Origin: a virus
Taxonomy: Duplodnaviria > Caudoviricetes
Strand: one strand, 5' to 3'
Virus record (IMG/VR): IMGVR_UViG_3300005662_003141
Location: 1-25,191 of that record
DNA length: 25,191 bases
Below are positions 10,384-19,144 of this stretch, one piece after another. Made by a program: the position numbers and the translations under genes. Within the stretch, counting starts at the first letter, position 1; every line of letters starts with the position of its first letter. The notes beneath the pieces are model-generated. The model was given only the letters and a program-made list of their open reading frames with translations, had not been told where the DNA came from and ran no database searches.

Positions 10384-11046
10384 ATGGCAGCAATCGACAC
10401 GCTTCTTCAGAAAATCCGCCGCGATCTACGCGACACCGGAACGTCTGACGGCGTAGACCGAACATGGAGCAACCAGGAGCTTATTGACCTGGTCAACTTG
10501 GCTCTTGTTGATATTTCTAGGGCCTACCCTAAGGAAGTTGTGTCTACCGTCGCCGTTCCACAGGTATACTCAAGCTCTCACCATACCAGCATTGCCCTCC
10601 CAGCAGGGATGGATTCTATTATTCGCATTGACGCCCTCTGCTACAAGATTGATAGTACCGTCAGCCCAATTGCCTCATGGTACGAAGCTCTTGGACCGCT
10701 TGAGCCTTCTAACGGCTACGGCAACTACAGTGGTTGGGAAGTACATGCAAGCACTATTTACCTGCAGCCAGGAATGTCTGAGCTCATTAGCCACCTACGC
10801 GTGGTAGGATATGGGGACTGGACCGTAGATACGCTAGACGCCCAGGCAGAAGAGGCCCTTCGGTATCATATCCAGGCAGAGGCCTTCTTCAAGCTGATGG
10901 CAGACCGCACCATGTTCCAGCAGTGGCAGGTTAACTCCGGAGCCACAGACGTATCCGTACCTATGATCAACCAGAACTACACAGTGGCACGACAGCGCTA
11001 TGAGCGCCTATTGTCACGAATCAGGAAGATCAGGAGAGTTGCCTAA
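10384..11046 (+). CDS. Head-to-tail adaptor/connector protein
   Basis: IRRDLRD...WSNQELIDLVNLALVDI N-terminus typical of adaptors; immediately after capsid gene; AGGAG SD. Confidence 0.7.
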   Translation: MAAIDTLLQKIRRDLRDTGTSDGVDRTWSNQELIDLVNLALVDISRAYPKEVVSTVAVPQVYSSSHHTSIALPAGMDSIIRIDALCYKIDSTVSPIASWYEALGPLEPSNGYGNYSGWEVHASTIYLQPGMSELISHLRVVGYGDWTVDTLDAQAEEALRYHIQAEAFFKLMADRTMFQQWQVNSGATDVSVPMINQNYTVARQRYERLLSRIRKIRRVA

Positions 11047-11885
11047 TGGATTTCAATCGCCCAATCAGGATTCAAACTGGCCCGACAACGTTCCTAGACC
11101 TTAACTCTCTAGCTGGTGTCCGCGTTGGAGCGGCACCGCTATCCGGGTTCAAGGTTGAGTCTGCCAACTATGCGGCAGTCGCGGCGAGCGGGTTTATTGA
11201 CAAGACCGCCCTGCGAGACGGCTCCAGCGTGACCGAGGCCTACCTTGGTTCCCGCGGAGTTGAGCTGGTGGTATCCGTGTATGGCGAGACAATTGGCGAC
11301 TTCTGGGACAACATTGACACGCTGACCGCAGCCCTGCAGCCCATGCCCCTAGGGTTTGACTCAACGTACGGCGTACGCGCCCTGCGCTTCTTCCAGCCTA
11401 CGTGGGCCCTATCTGCAGACTTTCCTGGCGGGATTGAGCTTGACATGCTCGTTCGCTCCGCAAGTCTTCCGCAATACAACGTCGGCCGGCGCACGTCTGT
11501 TGGAAAGTCCAGTGACGGGTTTGCGCAGCCAGCTCAGATTAGGCTCATTGCCCCAAACCCAAAGAAGTTCTTGACCACAACCAAGTCAGGAGCTGGTACG
11601 CACCGCGGCTCAGCGCCTGTGTACCCTGTGCTCTCTAAGGACTCATGCGCCGCAGGGGATAGCGTTACGTTCTCGTGGACTAGCGGCGGACTTACGAGCA
11701 CTGTGGTGGCCACGGCTATTGACGCTGGAGCAATCTCTATTGACACAGACTCAATGGCCCAGACCAACTGCAGGATCAACCACGGCAATACCAGTGGGGA
11801 TTTCCTTGTTCGACCTGGAGCTGTTGTGATTGAGGGGACCACAACCACAGACGCGGTAGTCACGTACAGGGAGGCTTGGCTTTGA
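11046..11885 (+). CDS. Distal-tail (Dit)-like minor tail protein
   Basis: DG......YLGSRGVELVVSVYG motif, LIAPNP, and V.Y.EAWL C-terminus characteristic of siphovirus Dit-type proteins; TAATG coupling. Confidence 0.65.
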   Translation: MDFNRPIRIQTGPTTFLDLNSLAGVRVGAAPLSGFKVESANYAAVAASGFIDKTALRDGSSVTEAYLGSRGVELVVSVYGETIGDFWDNIDTLTAALQPMPLGFDSTYGVRALRFFQPTWALSADFPGGIELDMLVRSASLPQYNVGRRTSVGKSSDGFAQPAQIRLIAPNPKKFLTTTKSGAGTHRGSAPVYPVLSKDSCAAGDSVTFSWTSGGLTSTVVATAIDAGAISIDTDSMAQTNCRINHGNTSGDFLVRPGAVVIEGTTTTDAVVTYREAWL

Positions 11886-14755
11886 GCAGCAGCGTCAGAA
11901 TCCGCATCTTTGATATTGGAGTTAATCGTGGAGTTGGCGACGAGAGATGCATCATCTATGACGCTAAAAACGTCGGATCTGAGGTTTACGCTAACGACGT
12001 CGGAAGCGCATTCTGGACACTACCGATCAACCACCCAGCAGTTCCTGAGCTAGTTCCGCTCAAGCGCCACTACAAGGTAGAGCGCCTTAGCGGAGCATCG
12101 TGGGTCCTTATCGGGGCCGGTCTGCTTACCACCTACGACGCTACCAACGACGAGATTGTCTACGAGGGCATGGACTACATGACCATGCTAAGCATGCACT
12201 ACACCAAGCTGGTTGGACCCGACTCAGGGTCGGACACATCTATCCGCAGAGAGGAGCCTGCCAGTGAAACGGTTACGGTTGGGCCAGTTACCATCACCGC
12301 GACAAGGTCTGCGTCCACGCTGTACAACACTACGTCTGACTGGAACTCAAACGACACAGAGCAACACATCCCGATTGGAGCGTTCCCGCAGTCATTCGTT
12401 GTTACTGAGTATTTCACAAACATTGGCACTAACAGTAAGGTTGTTGTGGGTATAAAATCAAACACAATTGCACTGCTATCTGTTGGCCAAACAGTATATT
12501 TTACAGGTGTATCAGGTGCAAACGCAAGCCGGGTTAACGGTCTAAGAGTTCTGACACAAGTAACTGCCGGCGCGAGCGTAACTGATTCTGGTGTCGTAGC
12601 TTTTACTTCTGGGTCAACAGCAATTCCATATACAACATCAAGCGGATACTGCTACTTTAAAAGGTACACGTCTAGGGGACTTATCAAATTCACTTTGCCT
12701 GCCGACTTAACCAATTCGGCGACGGTAACTCAGGCTAACCTAACCCTTACACAGAGCCAGACCAGCAACGACCACTCAGTCACTGACTCGTCTCCAGGGG
12801 ACCTGCTTGTAAATGCTTCTGGCATTGACTGGACAGTTGATTCTACTACTGGCTCTGAGGGAAGCTGGGGAAACTCTAGTCAGTCTAATTGCCAATGGTC
12901 AAACGCTTCGTCTTCAACTTCTGGCGGCCTAACAGCAATCCAGTACAACGGCATTGGTGCCACTCACAACTCAACACATACTTTCTCAATCTCAAGCATT
13001 GTAAACTACTGGAAAGCAAGCACGTCAAATAACAATGGCTTGCTTCTGTACAACACAAACGAGACTGGCGTTACAGACAACTACACGATCTACAGCACTG
13101 CCGCTAGCGCGTCGTATCGACCAAAGCTTACCCTTACGTATTCATATAGTACTAGCTCGGCGACTAACATCAACGCCAATGGGCTGTCCCATGGGCCAGC
13201 TGCCACCAAGGCGTTCCTGAAGGAGAGGACCTCAAATAGCACAGCACGCCATGCTGGCAACGAGATTGCCGTATACACAAAGAACGAAGTTGGTGACGCG
13301 AACAAGATTGACATGGTGTACGACGAAGTAGATGGATACTACACTCTTACTGGGTACACTTACATTGAGCGCTCTGCGATCAACAATGACGAAAAGCTAT
13401 ACGACATGGACCAAGACGTCTATATTCCAAACAGGTTTAACGTAAACAGAGTACGCGTCAGTATTATCGCATCACCAGGCGATGAGGTGTGTACGTTTAA
13501 CGTTTGGCCAGACTCGTGGGCGCAACTTGCCCAGCCAGAAACGCCGGTGGTTCTGAAGTGGAGGCTAAAGCTTCGCCAGCACGACTCGACTGTTGCCGAG
13601 GTGATTGCTCCGGGAACAGAGCCAACCACGTCTCTAACTACGGTTGGCGGAGTGTACGGAAACTACACTGGAACAGCACACAACATCACAAACGACTATT
13701 CAATCAACTGCCTTACCAGCGGCGTATCTTATTCGTTCACAGCATTCACAACTGCCGAGCTGACAAACGTCAGCCCTCAAACGTCGTCAACAAACCCTGA
13801 CTACGGAAGCGTAATGACCCACGACGTAAACGGGATTAGCGCGAGCACGTCAGCCACCCAGACTGTGGTCATGGGCCTTGAAAAGAAGACGCTTGAAGGC
13901 ATCTTTGGCAAGCAGATTCCTTACGTCGTTTCTGAGGGCGGCGACTACAGCAGGTTCAAGTGGCTAACATATGAGAAGATTACCACTCAGTCTTGGAATA
14001 CAGAGCTAATCAGATACTTTACTTCTGGTGAGTCAATCCTGTCGTACCTAAGGAACATGTGTGACAAGGAGATGTCCGCTAACCTATTGACAACAGAGTC
14101 TTCCGCAAGGTGGGACATTATTGATGCTATTAAAATTCCATGGCGATCCGTGTTCAACTTTGTCGGAGTTCGTGGGGCTGCTGCCCCGGGTACTAAACTG
14201 TATGTGGCTCCTGCTATCTCTCAGACAGAACCAGTGTTCGTCTTTGACTACCCAGGCAATGTGGATCAGTTTAGGTACCGTAGAAACGGCAAGGATCTTA
14301 GGAACTCGGTGAGGGTCGTACCTGCCACTGCGTTCCTCACCGGGTCCACTACCACCTCCACTGGCTCTAGGTCACAGGGAAAGCTGGCCGAGAACGAAGC
14401 CTCCATTGAGGAGTACGGCTACGCACCAATCCTGAGCACTCAAGCAAACTTTGCCGACGGAGAAGAGCTACAGAAGTATTCTGACTCGCAGCTTGCAAAG
14501 TCCAGCGATATTCTTAACGTATCCATGGTAAGCGTCCAGCTGGCTCCGGATAGCGTCAGACCGTTTGAGGACTTCTACCTTGGCGACGTGGTGCGCATTG
14601 CTGTGCGAAGGACTAACGTCAACTACACGAATGCCGCCAAGCCAGACTTCATTGCCGACACGTACATCGTGGGAGGGGTCCGATTTGAGCTACCAGTGGA
14701 CGGCTCTGAGCGTGTAACATTAGACTTGGTGAAGACCAGCGAATTCGGCAGGTAA
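11882..14755 (+). CDS. Tail-tip protein (Tal / ReqiPepy6 Gp37-like scaffold) with internal DNRLRE-type carbohydrate-binding domain
   Basis: N-terminal NDVGSAFWTLP...YEGMDY and C-terminal RNSVRV, ASIEEYG, DFYLGDVVRI segments; internal SRGLIKF.LP...VTQANLTL...NNNGLLL...RPKLTLTY. Start moved to TTG 11882 (GGAGG SD, TTGA overlap with upstream stop). Confidence 0.72.
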   Translation: MSSSVRIRIFDIGVNRGVGDERCIIYDAKNVGSEVYANDVGSAFWTLPINHPAVPELVPLKRHYKVERLSGASWVLIGAGLLTTYDATNDEIVYEGMDYMTMLSMHYTKLVGPDSGSDTSIRREEPASETVTVGPVTITATRSASTLYNTTSDWNSNDTEQHIPIGAFPQSFVVTEYFTNIGTNSKVVVGIKSNTIALLSVGQTVYFTGVSGANASRVNGLRVLTQVTAGASVTDSGVVAFTSGSTAIPYTTSSGYCYFKRYTSRGLIKFTLPADLTNSATVTQANLTLTQSQTSNDHSVTDSSPGDLLVNASGIDWTVDSTTGSEGSWGNSSQSNCQWSNASSSTSGGLTAIQYNGIGATHNSTHTFSISSIVNYWKASTSNNNGLLLYNTNETGVTDNYTIYSTAASASYRPKLTLTYSYSTSSATNINANGLSHGPAATKAFLKERTSNSTARHAGNEIAVYTKNEVGDANKIDMVYDEVDGYYTLTGYTYIERSAINNDEKLYDMDQDVYIPNRFNVNRVRVSIIASPGDEVCTFNVWPDSWAQLAQPETPVVLKWRLKLRQHDSTVAEVIAPGTEPTTSLTTVGGVYGNYTGTAHNITNDYSINCLTSGVSYSFTAFTTAELTNVSPQTSSTNPDYGSVMTHDVNGISASTSATQTVVMGLEKKTLEGIFGKQIPYVVSEGGDYSRFKWLTYEKITTQSWNTELIRYFTSGESILSYLRNMCDKEMSANLLTTESSARWDIIDAIKIPWRSVFNFVGVRGAAAPGTKLYVAPAISQTEPVFVFDYPGNVDQFRYRRNGKDLRNSVRVVPATAFLTGSTTTSTGSRSQGKLAENEASIEEYGYAPILSTQANFADGEELQKYSDSQLAKSSDILNVSMVSVQLAPDSVRPFEDFYLGDVVRIAVRRTNVNYTNAAKPDFIADTYIVGGVRFELPVDGSERVTLDLVKTSEFGR

Positions 14756-14763
14756 CGCCAAAA

Positions 14764-14774
14764 TGTGCTATAAT
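14764..14774 (+). promoter_or_regulatory. Sigma70/SigA extended -10 promoter
   Basis: TGTGCTATAAT (TGnTATAAT) in the gap between the tail block and the replication block; no clear -35. Confidence 0.75.
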
Positions 14775-14817
14775 CAGGCAGAAGGGGACTTCCCTTTGGA
14801 GTAGCATTGGAGGAAAC

Positions 14818-15534
14818 ATGGCGAAAGCAAATCTCGTAGAGCGAGTAGGATCGCTCAAAGAGCAGGGGCTGTCGTTCGCCCAGATCGGGGACGTGCTCAG
14901 CTTGAGCAAGGACCAGGTCCAGAAGTACCACAAGCGGTACGCAGCAACTGTCCCGGAAGACTTCCTTCCTGGACCTAAGAAGGGCGCACCAACGCCTAAG
15001 TTCGTTGGAATCGACATTGCGTTCTTTGACATTGAGACCACGTTCAGCAACTGGCGGCGCATGCTTTGCGGCTCTATCGCTGACGGGCTTGGCAATGTAA
15101 CGACTCTCAGTCATGACACTCATCCGGGGAAGACCTGGCAGGACGATAGCGTATTGGTCAAGGCATATTGTGAAGAGCTTGACAAGTATGACGTTATCGT
15201 TGGCTGGAACTCTAAGCTGTTTGACGTGCCGGTACTGAACTCGCGCATGCTTTACCACGGCTTCAAGCCGTACGACCCTAAGATGCACCTTGACTTGATG
15301 TACAAGGCCACTGGGTCGTCTATCGCAATCGGCCGCAAGTCCCTGGACAACGTGTCCAAGTACTTCGGCGTTGAGAACAAGAAGACTCCTCTTGACCCAC
15401 GAATTTGGGACGACGCCGATCATGGCGACAAGGAGAAGTACGCAAAGATCATTGAGCACTGCGAGGCCGACGTTCTCGTTCTGCGAGACGTGTACGCAAA
15501 GCTGAAGCCAATGGTTCGGATTCTGCACCGATGA
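14818..15534 (+). CDS. RNase H-like DEDD 3'-5' exonuclease (YprB/RNase_H_2 type) with N-terminal HTH
   Basis: FFDIET, VGWNSKLFDVP, HLDL, SLDNVSKYFG, HCEADV motifs; N-terminal GLSFAQIGDVLSLSKDQVQK helix-turn-helix. Confidence 0.85.
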   Translation: MAKANLVERVGSLKEQGLSFAQIGDVLSLSKDQVQKYHKRYAATVPEDFLPGPKKGAPTPKFVGIDIAFFDIETTFSNWRRMLCGSIADGLGNVTTLSHDTHPGKTWQDDSVLVKAYCEELDKYDVIVGWNSKLFDVPVLNSRMLYHGFKPYDPKMHLDLMYKATGSSIAIGRKSLDNVSKYFGVENKKTPLDPRIWDDADHGDKEKYAKIIEHCEADVLVLRDVYAKLKPMVRILHR

Positions 15535-15884
15535 TTAATGCAGATCTTGAGGGCGCACGTAATGTGTGCGTGGACTTTGACGAGACAATCGCCGTCCGCG
15601 TTTTTGGCACAGTCATCCCTGCTAATGGTGTGATTGAAGCCTTTGAGAGGCTGCGGGCAAACGGATACAAAATTATCGTCCACTCTGCCAGAGCGTGGGA
15701 GAGGTTTGACGATAGAGCTGAGCGCGTTGATGAAATGCGTAAGCAGCTGGACTCTTGGGGCGTGCCGTACAACGAGATCTGGGTGGGGGCTGGAAAGCCC
15801 GTAGCCAAGGCCTACGTTGACGACCGCGCGATCAGGTTTGACAATAACTGGGATGTAATTGTAGAATCAATCCTGAACGGTTAG
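15531..15884 (+). CDS. Small HAD-superfamily phosphatase
   Basis: Motif I VDFDETI, motif II HSAR, GKP.A..YVDDRA motifs III/IV; ATGA overlap. Confidence 0.85.
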   Translation: MINADLEGARNVCVDFDETIAVRVFGTVIPANGVIEAFERLRANGYKIIVHSARAWERFDDRAERVDEMRKQLDSWGVPYNEIWVGAGKPVAKAYVDDRAIRFDNNWDVIVESILNG

Positions 15885-15889
15885 AGTTC

Positions 15890-15935
15890 TCCCCAGGCTG
15901 GCGCCCCTCCGGCCTGGGGGACTTATTAGGGGCGC
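15890..15935 (+). promoter_or_regulatory. Stem-loop with pseudoknot potential before the SD (copy 3 of hairpin family)
   Basis: CCCCAGGCTGG-CGCCCCT-CCGGCCTGGGG; GCGCCCCT (15901-15908) is the exact complement of AGGGGCGC (15928-15935). Confidence 0.6.
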
Positions 15936-15944
15936 AGGAGGGGT

Positions 15945-16640
15945 ATGGTTAAGAAGCTTATTGGAGACCTCTTTGACGAGGGCCTCCGCAGGGACAGGAC
16001 AGAGCGTCCGCCAAGCAATTTGTGGCGCGGATCTCTTCTTGGCAGCTGCCTTAGGCAGCAGTGGTACTACGCCCATGGCGAGACCCCTACGGATGTCCGA
16101 GACGACGAGGTCTTTCGTATTTTTGAGCGCGGGCACATCATTAACGACTCGTTCAACCGACGCCTTCGTGGGTCGGAGCATCTGATCTCCTACGAGGAGG
16201 AGGTGCCGGTGTCGATTCCAGAGCTAAACTTTGGCGGTAATGCCGACGGTGTGGTACAATGGAAGGATGGTCAGCATGAACTGATTGAGTACAAGTCAGT
16301 CAAGGAATCGGCTTGGAAGTTCATTCCTAAGCCGGAGCACCAAATTCAAGCGTCAATCTATGCAGAGGCTCTGAAGCGCATGCGAGGCCATGAGTACTCA
16401 GCAAGGTTGGTCTACATCAGGGCAGGGGACCTAGCTACCGAGGAGTTCATCGTTGATGAGTCGTGGCGGGTTAAGGCCTTGAGGATCTTGGAGGTTCTGA
16501 ACAGTGACCGATTCAGAGAAACCCCTCCGTGGAGACTCCCGGAGGAAAAGTACAGGTCAAAGAAGTCGGGGAACTGGCTCTTCCCATGTGGGTATTGCGA
16601 GTTCTTCACCAAGTGCAGAGGAGGGGAAAATGGCAAGTAA
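15945..16640 (+). CDS. Cas4-like / AddB-type PD-(D/E)XK exonuclease with Fe-S cysteines
   Basis: GSCLRQQWY, GNADG, LIEYKS, HQIQASIY, C-terminal CGYCEFFTKC (1+3 Cys arrangement). Confidence 0.88.
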   Translation: MVKKLIGDLFDEGLRRDRTERPPSNLWRGSLLGSCLRQQWYYAHGETPTDVRDDEVFRIFERGHIINDSFNRRLRGSEHLISYEEEVPVSIPELNFGGNADGVVQWKDGQHELIEYKSVKESAWKFIPKPEHQIQASIYAEALKRMRGHEYSARLVYIRAGDLATEEFIVDESWRVKALRILEVLNSDRFRETPPWRLPEEKYRSKKSGNWLFPCGYCEFFTKCRGGENGK

Positions 16641-17139
16641 GACACTAGCTGGCAAGCTCGCTGAAGTAATGGGCGAGATCGGCTACATCTCCAAGGGCGG
16701 CACGAACAGCGCCCAGGGGTACAAGTACGTTATGGCATCGCAGGTAGCTGATGCCATCCGCGAGAAGCTCGCGGCTAAGGGAATTGCAATCATTCCTGGT
16801 GACATTGAAAAGCTGAGCGAGAGCACGTCTGCCTCAGGCAAGCAGGTGATCCTCACGTTCAAGTACTCATGGCATCTGGTTGATGGTGAAACTGGGGAGA
16901 AGCACACGATCTATTCGCTCGGCTCGGGGGCCGACTCGGGCGACAAGCACGTGTACAAGGCAACGACAGGTGCGCTCAAGTATGCGCTCCTGACTACGTT
17001 CCTCATCCCAACTGGGGATGATCCCGAGAATGATACGGCTGACGTGACCATCGCCAAGGCGGCGAAGGAGATCTTCAAGGATACCGTCAAGCCGATGGAA
17101 GGTCAGTCCCAGAAGGCTGACGGAGAGTGGGGGTTCTAA
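16630..17139 (+). CDS. erf: ERF-family single-strand annealing protein
   Basis: KGGTNSAQGYKY, GSGADSGDK..YKA.TGA.KYAL...F.IPTGDDPE signature; start reset to ATG 16630 after GAGGAGG. Confidence 0.9.
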   Translation: MASKTLAGKLAEVMGEIGYISKGGTNSAQGYKYVMASQVADAIREKLAAKGIAIIPGDIEKLSESTSASGKQVILTFKYSWHLVDGETGEKHTIYSLGSGADSGDKHVYKATTGALKYALLTTFLIPTGDDPENDTADVTIAKAAKEIFKDTVKPMEGQSQKADGEWGF

Positions 17140-17531
17140 TGGATAGGATTGATCTCTGGCTAACAGACAAAATTGCTCCAGTCAAGGAGCAGACCAAGGC
17201 CGGTCGAGACGTGTGGAAGTTCTTCGGTAGCATGCAGTCGTTTGCCTACGACGCATTCCTCTCCGCGGACAAGGCCACGCGAGACGCCTCAACCGCTCCT
17301 AATCGGTATGATCGGGTAACCATTCTCGTCTTTGATGAGGACTTGGCCAACCACATTCGGAAGATTTATGATAGTACCGTAAACCGAGAGACAAACGACC
17401 CGCGTCAGCACTTGCACGTCATTGGCAAGCTTGAGGAGCGGGCGGACAAGGACGGCAACCCGAAGGGGTACAGCCTCCTTGCCAACGAGGCAAGCCCATT
17501 GATTTGGGGACCGCTGAAGAAGCGCTCGTGA
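17139..17531 (+). CDS. Probable OB-fold single-stranded DNA-binding protein
   Basis: Follows ERF by TAATG coupling; RVTILVFDEDLA...LHVIGKLEERADKDG pattern resembles SSB; no acidic tail. Confidence 0.55.
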   Translation: MDRIDLWLTDKIAPVKEQTKAGRDVWKFFGSMQSFAYDAFLSADKATRDASTAPNRYDRVTILVFDEDLANHIRKIYDSTVNRETNDPRQHLHVIGKLEERADKDGNPKGYSLLANEASPLIWGPLKKRS

Positions 17532-17821
17532 CCGAACAAGTCAAGCTTGTAGACGAGATCGCGGATGGCCTTGTTGCCATTGGCATTCAGTACCAGGCAG
17601 ACGGCCGTCCGCGTAAGGTCGCTATCTACAGCAAGGACGCTTTCATGGATGTGTACCGATCAAAGGCTATCGGGTTCGTCGGCGCTCACGTAGGTGGGCT
17701 AGCTGACGACGAAGTCAAGGCGCTGGAAGAGGATGGCGAGAAGCAGTTCTGGTCCGGAATCTTCTCAGCTGGTGTTGGTGACGGCGCACCGATAGCTGTA
17801 GTGGAGGAAGACAATGGTTGA
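17528..17821 (+). CDS. Hypothetical protein
   Basis: GTGA overlap start; fills the operon. Confidence 0.6.
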   Translation: MTEQVKLVDEIADGLVAIGIQYQADGRPRKVAIYSKDAFMDVYRSKAIGFVGAHVGGLADDEVKALEEDGEKQFWSGIFSAGVGDGAPIAVVEEDNG

Positions 17822-18170
17822 CAAGGCAAGGCAGGGTCGACTCAACCGCTCAAGGGGTAATGCCTTTGAGCGGGAGACGGCCAAGAAGCACGGAGGGCGG
17901 CGCACCGGCATGTACGGCGGGCCAGACGACGTGACCGTAGATGGGCAGTTCAAGATCCAGACCAAGGTTGGGACGATGTTCTCAAACAAGTACTGGGGAT
18001 GGCTGCAGAAGATTATTGTACAGGCTGGGGAAATCCCCTACCTAGTGATCGGAGACGCCCCTGGGCCTGGCACCCAGCGTCGTGTCATGGTGATCATGGA
18101 TGAGCGGGATTGGTTAGTAGTTAAGGAGAAGGCATATGGCCGTACCGAAGATCAAGCGCAAGAAGGGTAA
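17814..18170 (+). CDS. Holliday-junction-resolvase-like PD-(D/E)XK nuclease
   Basis: RSRGNAFERETAK, PDDV, IQTK, IPYLVI motifs of Hjc-like phage resolvases; GGAGG SD. Confidence 0.7.
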   Translation: MVDKARQGRLNRSRGNAFERETAKKHGGRRTGMYGGPDDVTVDGQFKIQTKVGTMFSNKYWGWLQKIIVQAGEIPYLVIGDAPGPGTQRRVMVIMDERDWLVVKEKAYGRTEDQAQEG

Positions 18171-18360
18171 CGTAGCTCTTCTTTCAGCGCGCTGGAACGT
18201 TGCTTTTGGCATCGTTGTGGCAACCTTTATTGACAAGTATCTTGACTCTGTCCCTGAAGACCAGCGGGCAGACGTTAAGATCCCGTTTGACAACGTGCTT
18301 CAGTTGTCTGCCGGCGTAGCACTGAAGCTGGTGGAGCTTGAAGATGGCGACGACGCCTGA
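18136..18360 (+). CDS. Hypothetical protein
   Basis: 74 aa ORF with AAGGAG SD. Confidence 0.6.
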   Translation: MAVPKIKRKKGNVALLSARWNVAFGIVVATFIDKYLDSVPEDQRADVKIPFDNVLQLSAGVALKLVELEDGDDA

Positions 18361-18556
18361 CGACGAGCGACAAGAGGTCGCGTTCTTTAAGAACATTGGT
18401 GCCACGACCAAGGCTGCGGTTGCGCATCCTAGGTTCCGTGACACGTTCCTACCGTCCGTAGGGGCTGGGGCAGTCGTCCTGGGGGCTACAGCGAACATTG
18501 CTGCATCCCTGGGCTCATGCCTACTGGCGTTCGCTCTATTGGACAAGCGCAAGTGA
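18344..18556 (+). CDS. Small membrane protein
   Basis: Hydrophobic C-terminal half followed by DKRK; GGAG SD. Confidence 0.55.
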   Translation: MATTPDDERQEVAFFKNIGATTKAAVAHPRFRDTFLPSVGAGAVVLGATANIAASLGSCLLAFALLDKRK

Positions 18557-18756
18557 AGCACGGCCTGAAGTGCCCAAAGTGCGGTGGGCAAAAGATCACT
18601 CCGCACCGAGCAGGCGCTAAACTGGCCGGACCTTACTCCGTTCGTGTAGCTATCTGCGGCAAGTGCGACGAGAGAGTCATACTTGTTACGCAGGTAGCTA
18701 CGCAGGAGCTGGCAGAGAAGATTATGGAGGAGATTGATAATGAAGAAGGAGAGTAA
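18553..18756 (+). CDS. Zinc-ribbon protein
   Basis: CPKC...CGKC; GTGA overlap start. Confidence 0.65.
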   Translation: MKHGLKCPKCGGQKITPHRAGAKLAGPYSVRVAICGKCDERVILVTQVATQELAEKIMEEIDNEEGE

Positions 18757-19144
18757 GCATGTTCCAGAAGCATTTATTGAGTACTTTCGCGACCTCGCGA
18801 TGGAGACCCACGAAGTCATGGTCCAGCGCCAAGCTGGGTACGGACCGGGGAACATTGAGGCGCTCGGCCCGTACGGAGTATTCTCTCGGCTCGCCGAAGA
18901 CAAGTGCTCGCGAGTGGCCACGTCGCTCAATGGCTCTATTGTGGATGGAAAAGCCAAAGTCGGAGAAGACTGGTTCACCGAAGGGGTACGTGACGCGTTG
19001 GTCGATATTGCGAATTACGCGCTAATCTTGATCGCCCTAGGCGAAGGGAAGTGGTCGTTTGTGACCCGTGGGGTGCCGCCAAAGAATTGGGCCTCACTGG
19101 ACGAGCGGCTTGACGAGCGGTTTGTCGTAGATGAACTTCGTTGA
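18740..19144 (+). CDS. Nucleotide modification associated domain 1 (Nmad1/DUF1599) protein
   Basis: YGPGNI...GVFSR..DKCSR...EGVRDALVDIANYALI pattern; GGAGG SD. Confidence 0.8.
   Translation: MKKESKHVPEAFIEYFRDLAMETHEVMVQRQAGYGPGNIEALGPYGVFSRLAEDKCSRVATSLNGSIVDGKAKVGEDWFTEGVRDALVDIANYALILIALGEGKWSFVTRGVPPKNWASLDERLDERFVVDELR

Noticed and set aside
14623-15528. 301 aa antisense ORF
   Set aside because: Shadow of the exonuclease gene; no motifs; crosses the promoter
15945-16640. Cas4-like gene as sign of a CRISPR system
   Set aside because: No cas1/cas2 or array; exonuclease-ERF-SSB context indicates recombination
18184-18978. 264 aa antisense ORF
   Set aside because: Overlaps four coupled plus-strand genes with recognisable starts; no motifs
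19100-19120. Tandem GACGAGCGG repeat
   Set aside because: In-frame LDERLDER duplication within a coding tail
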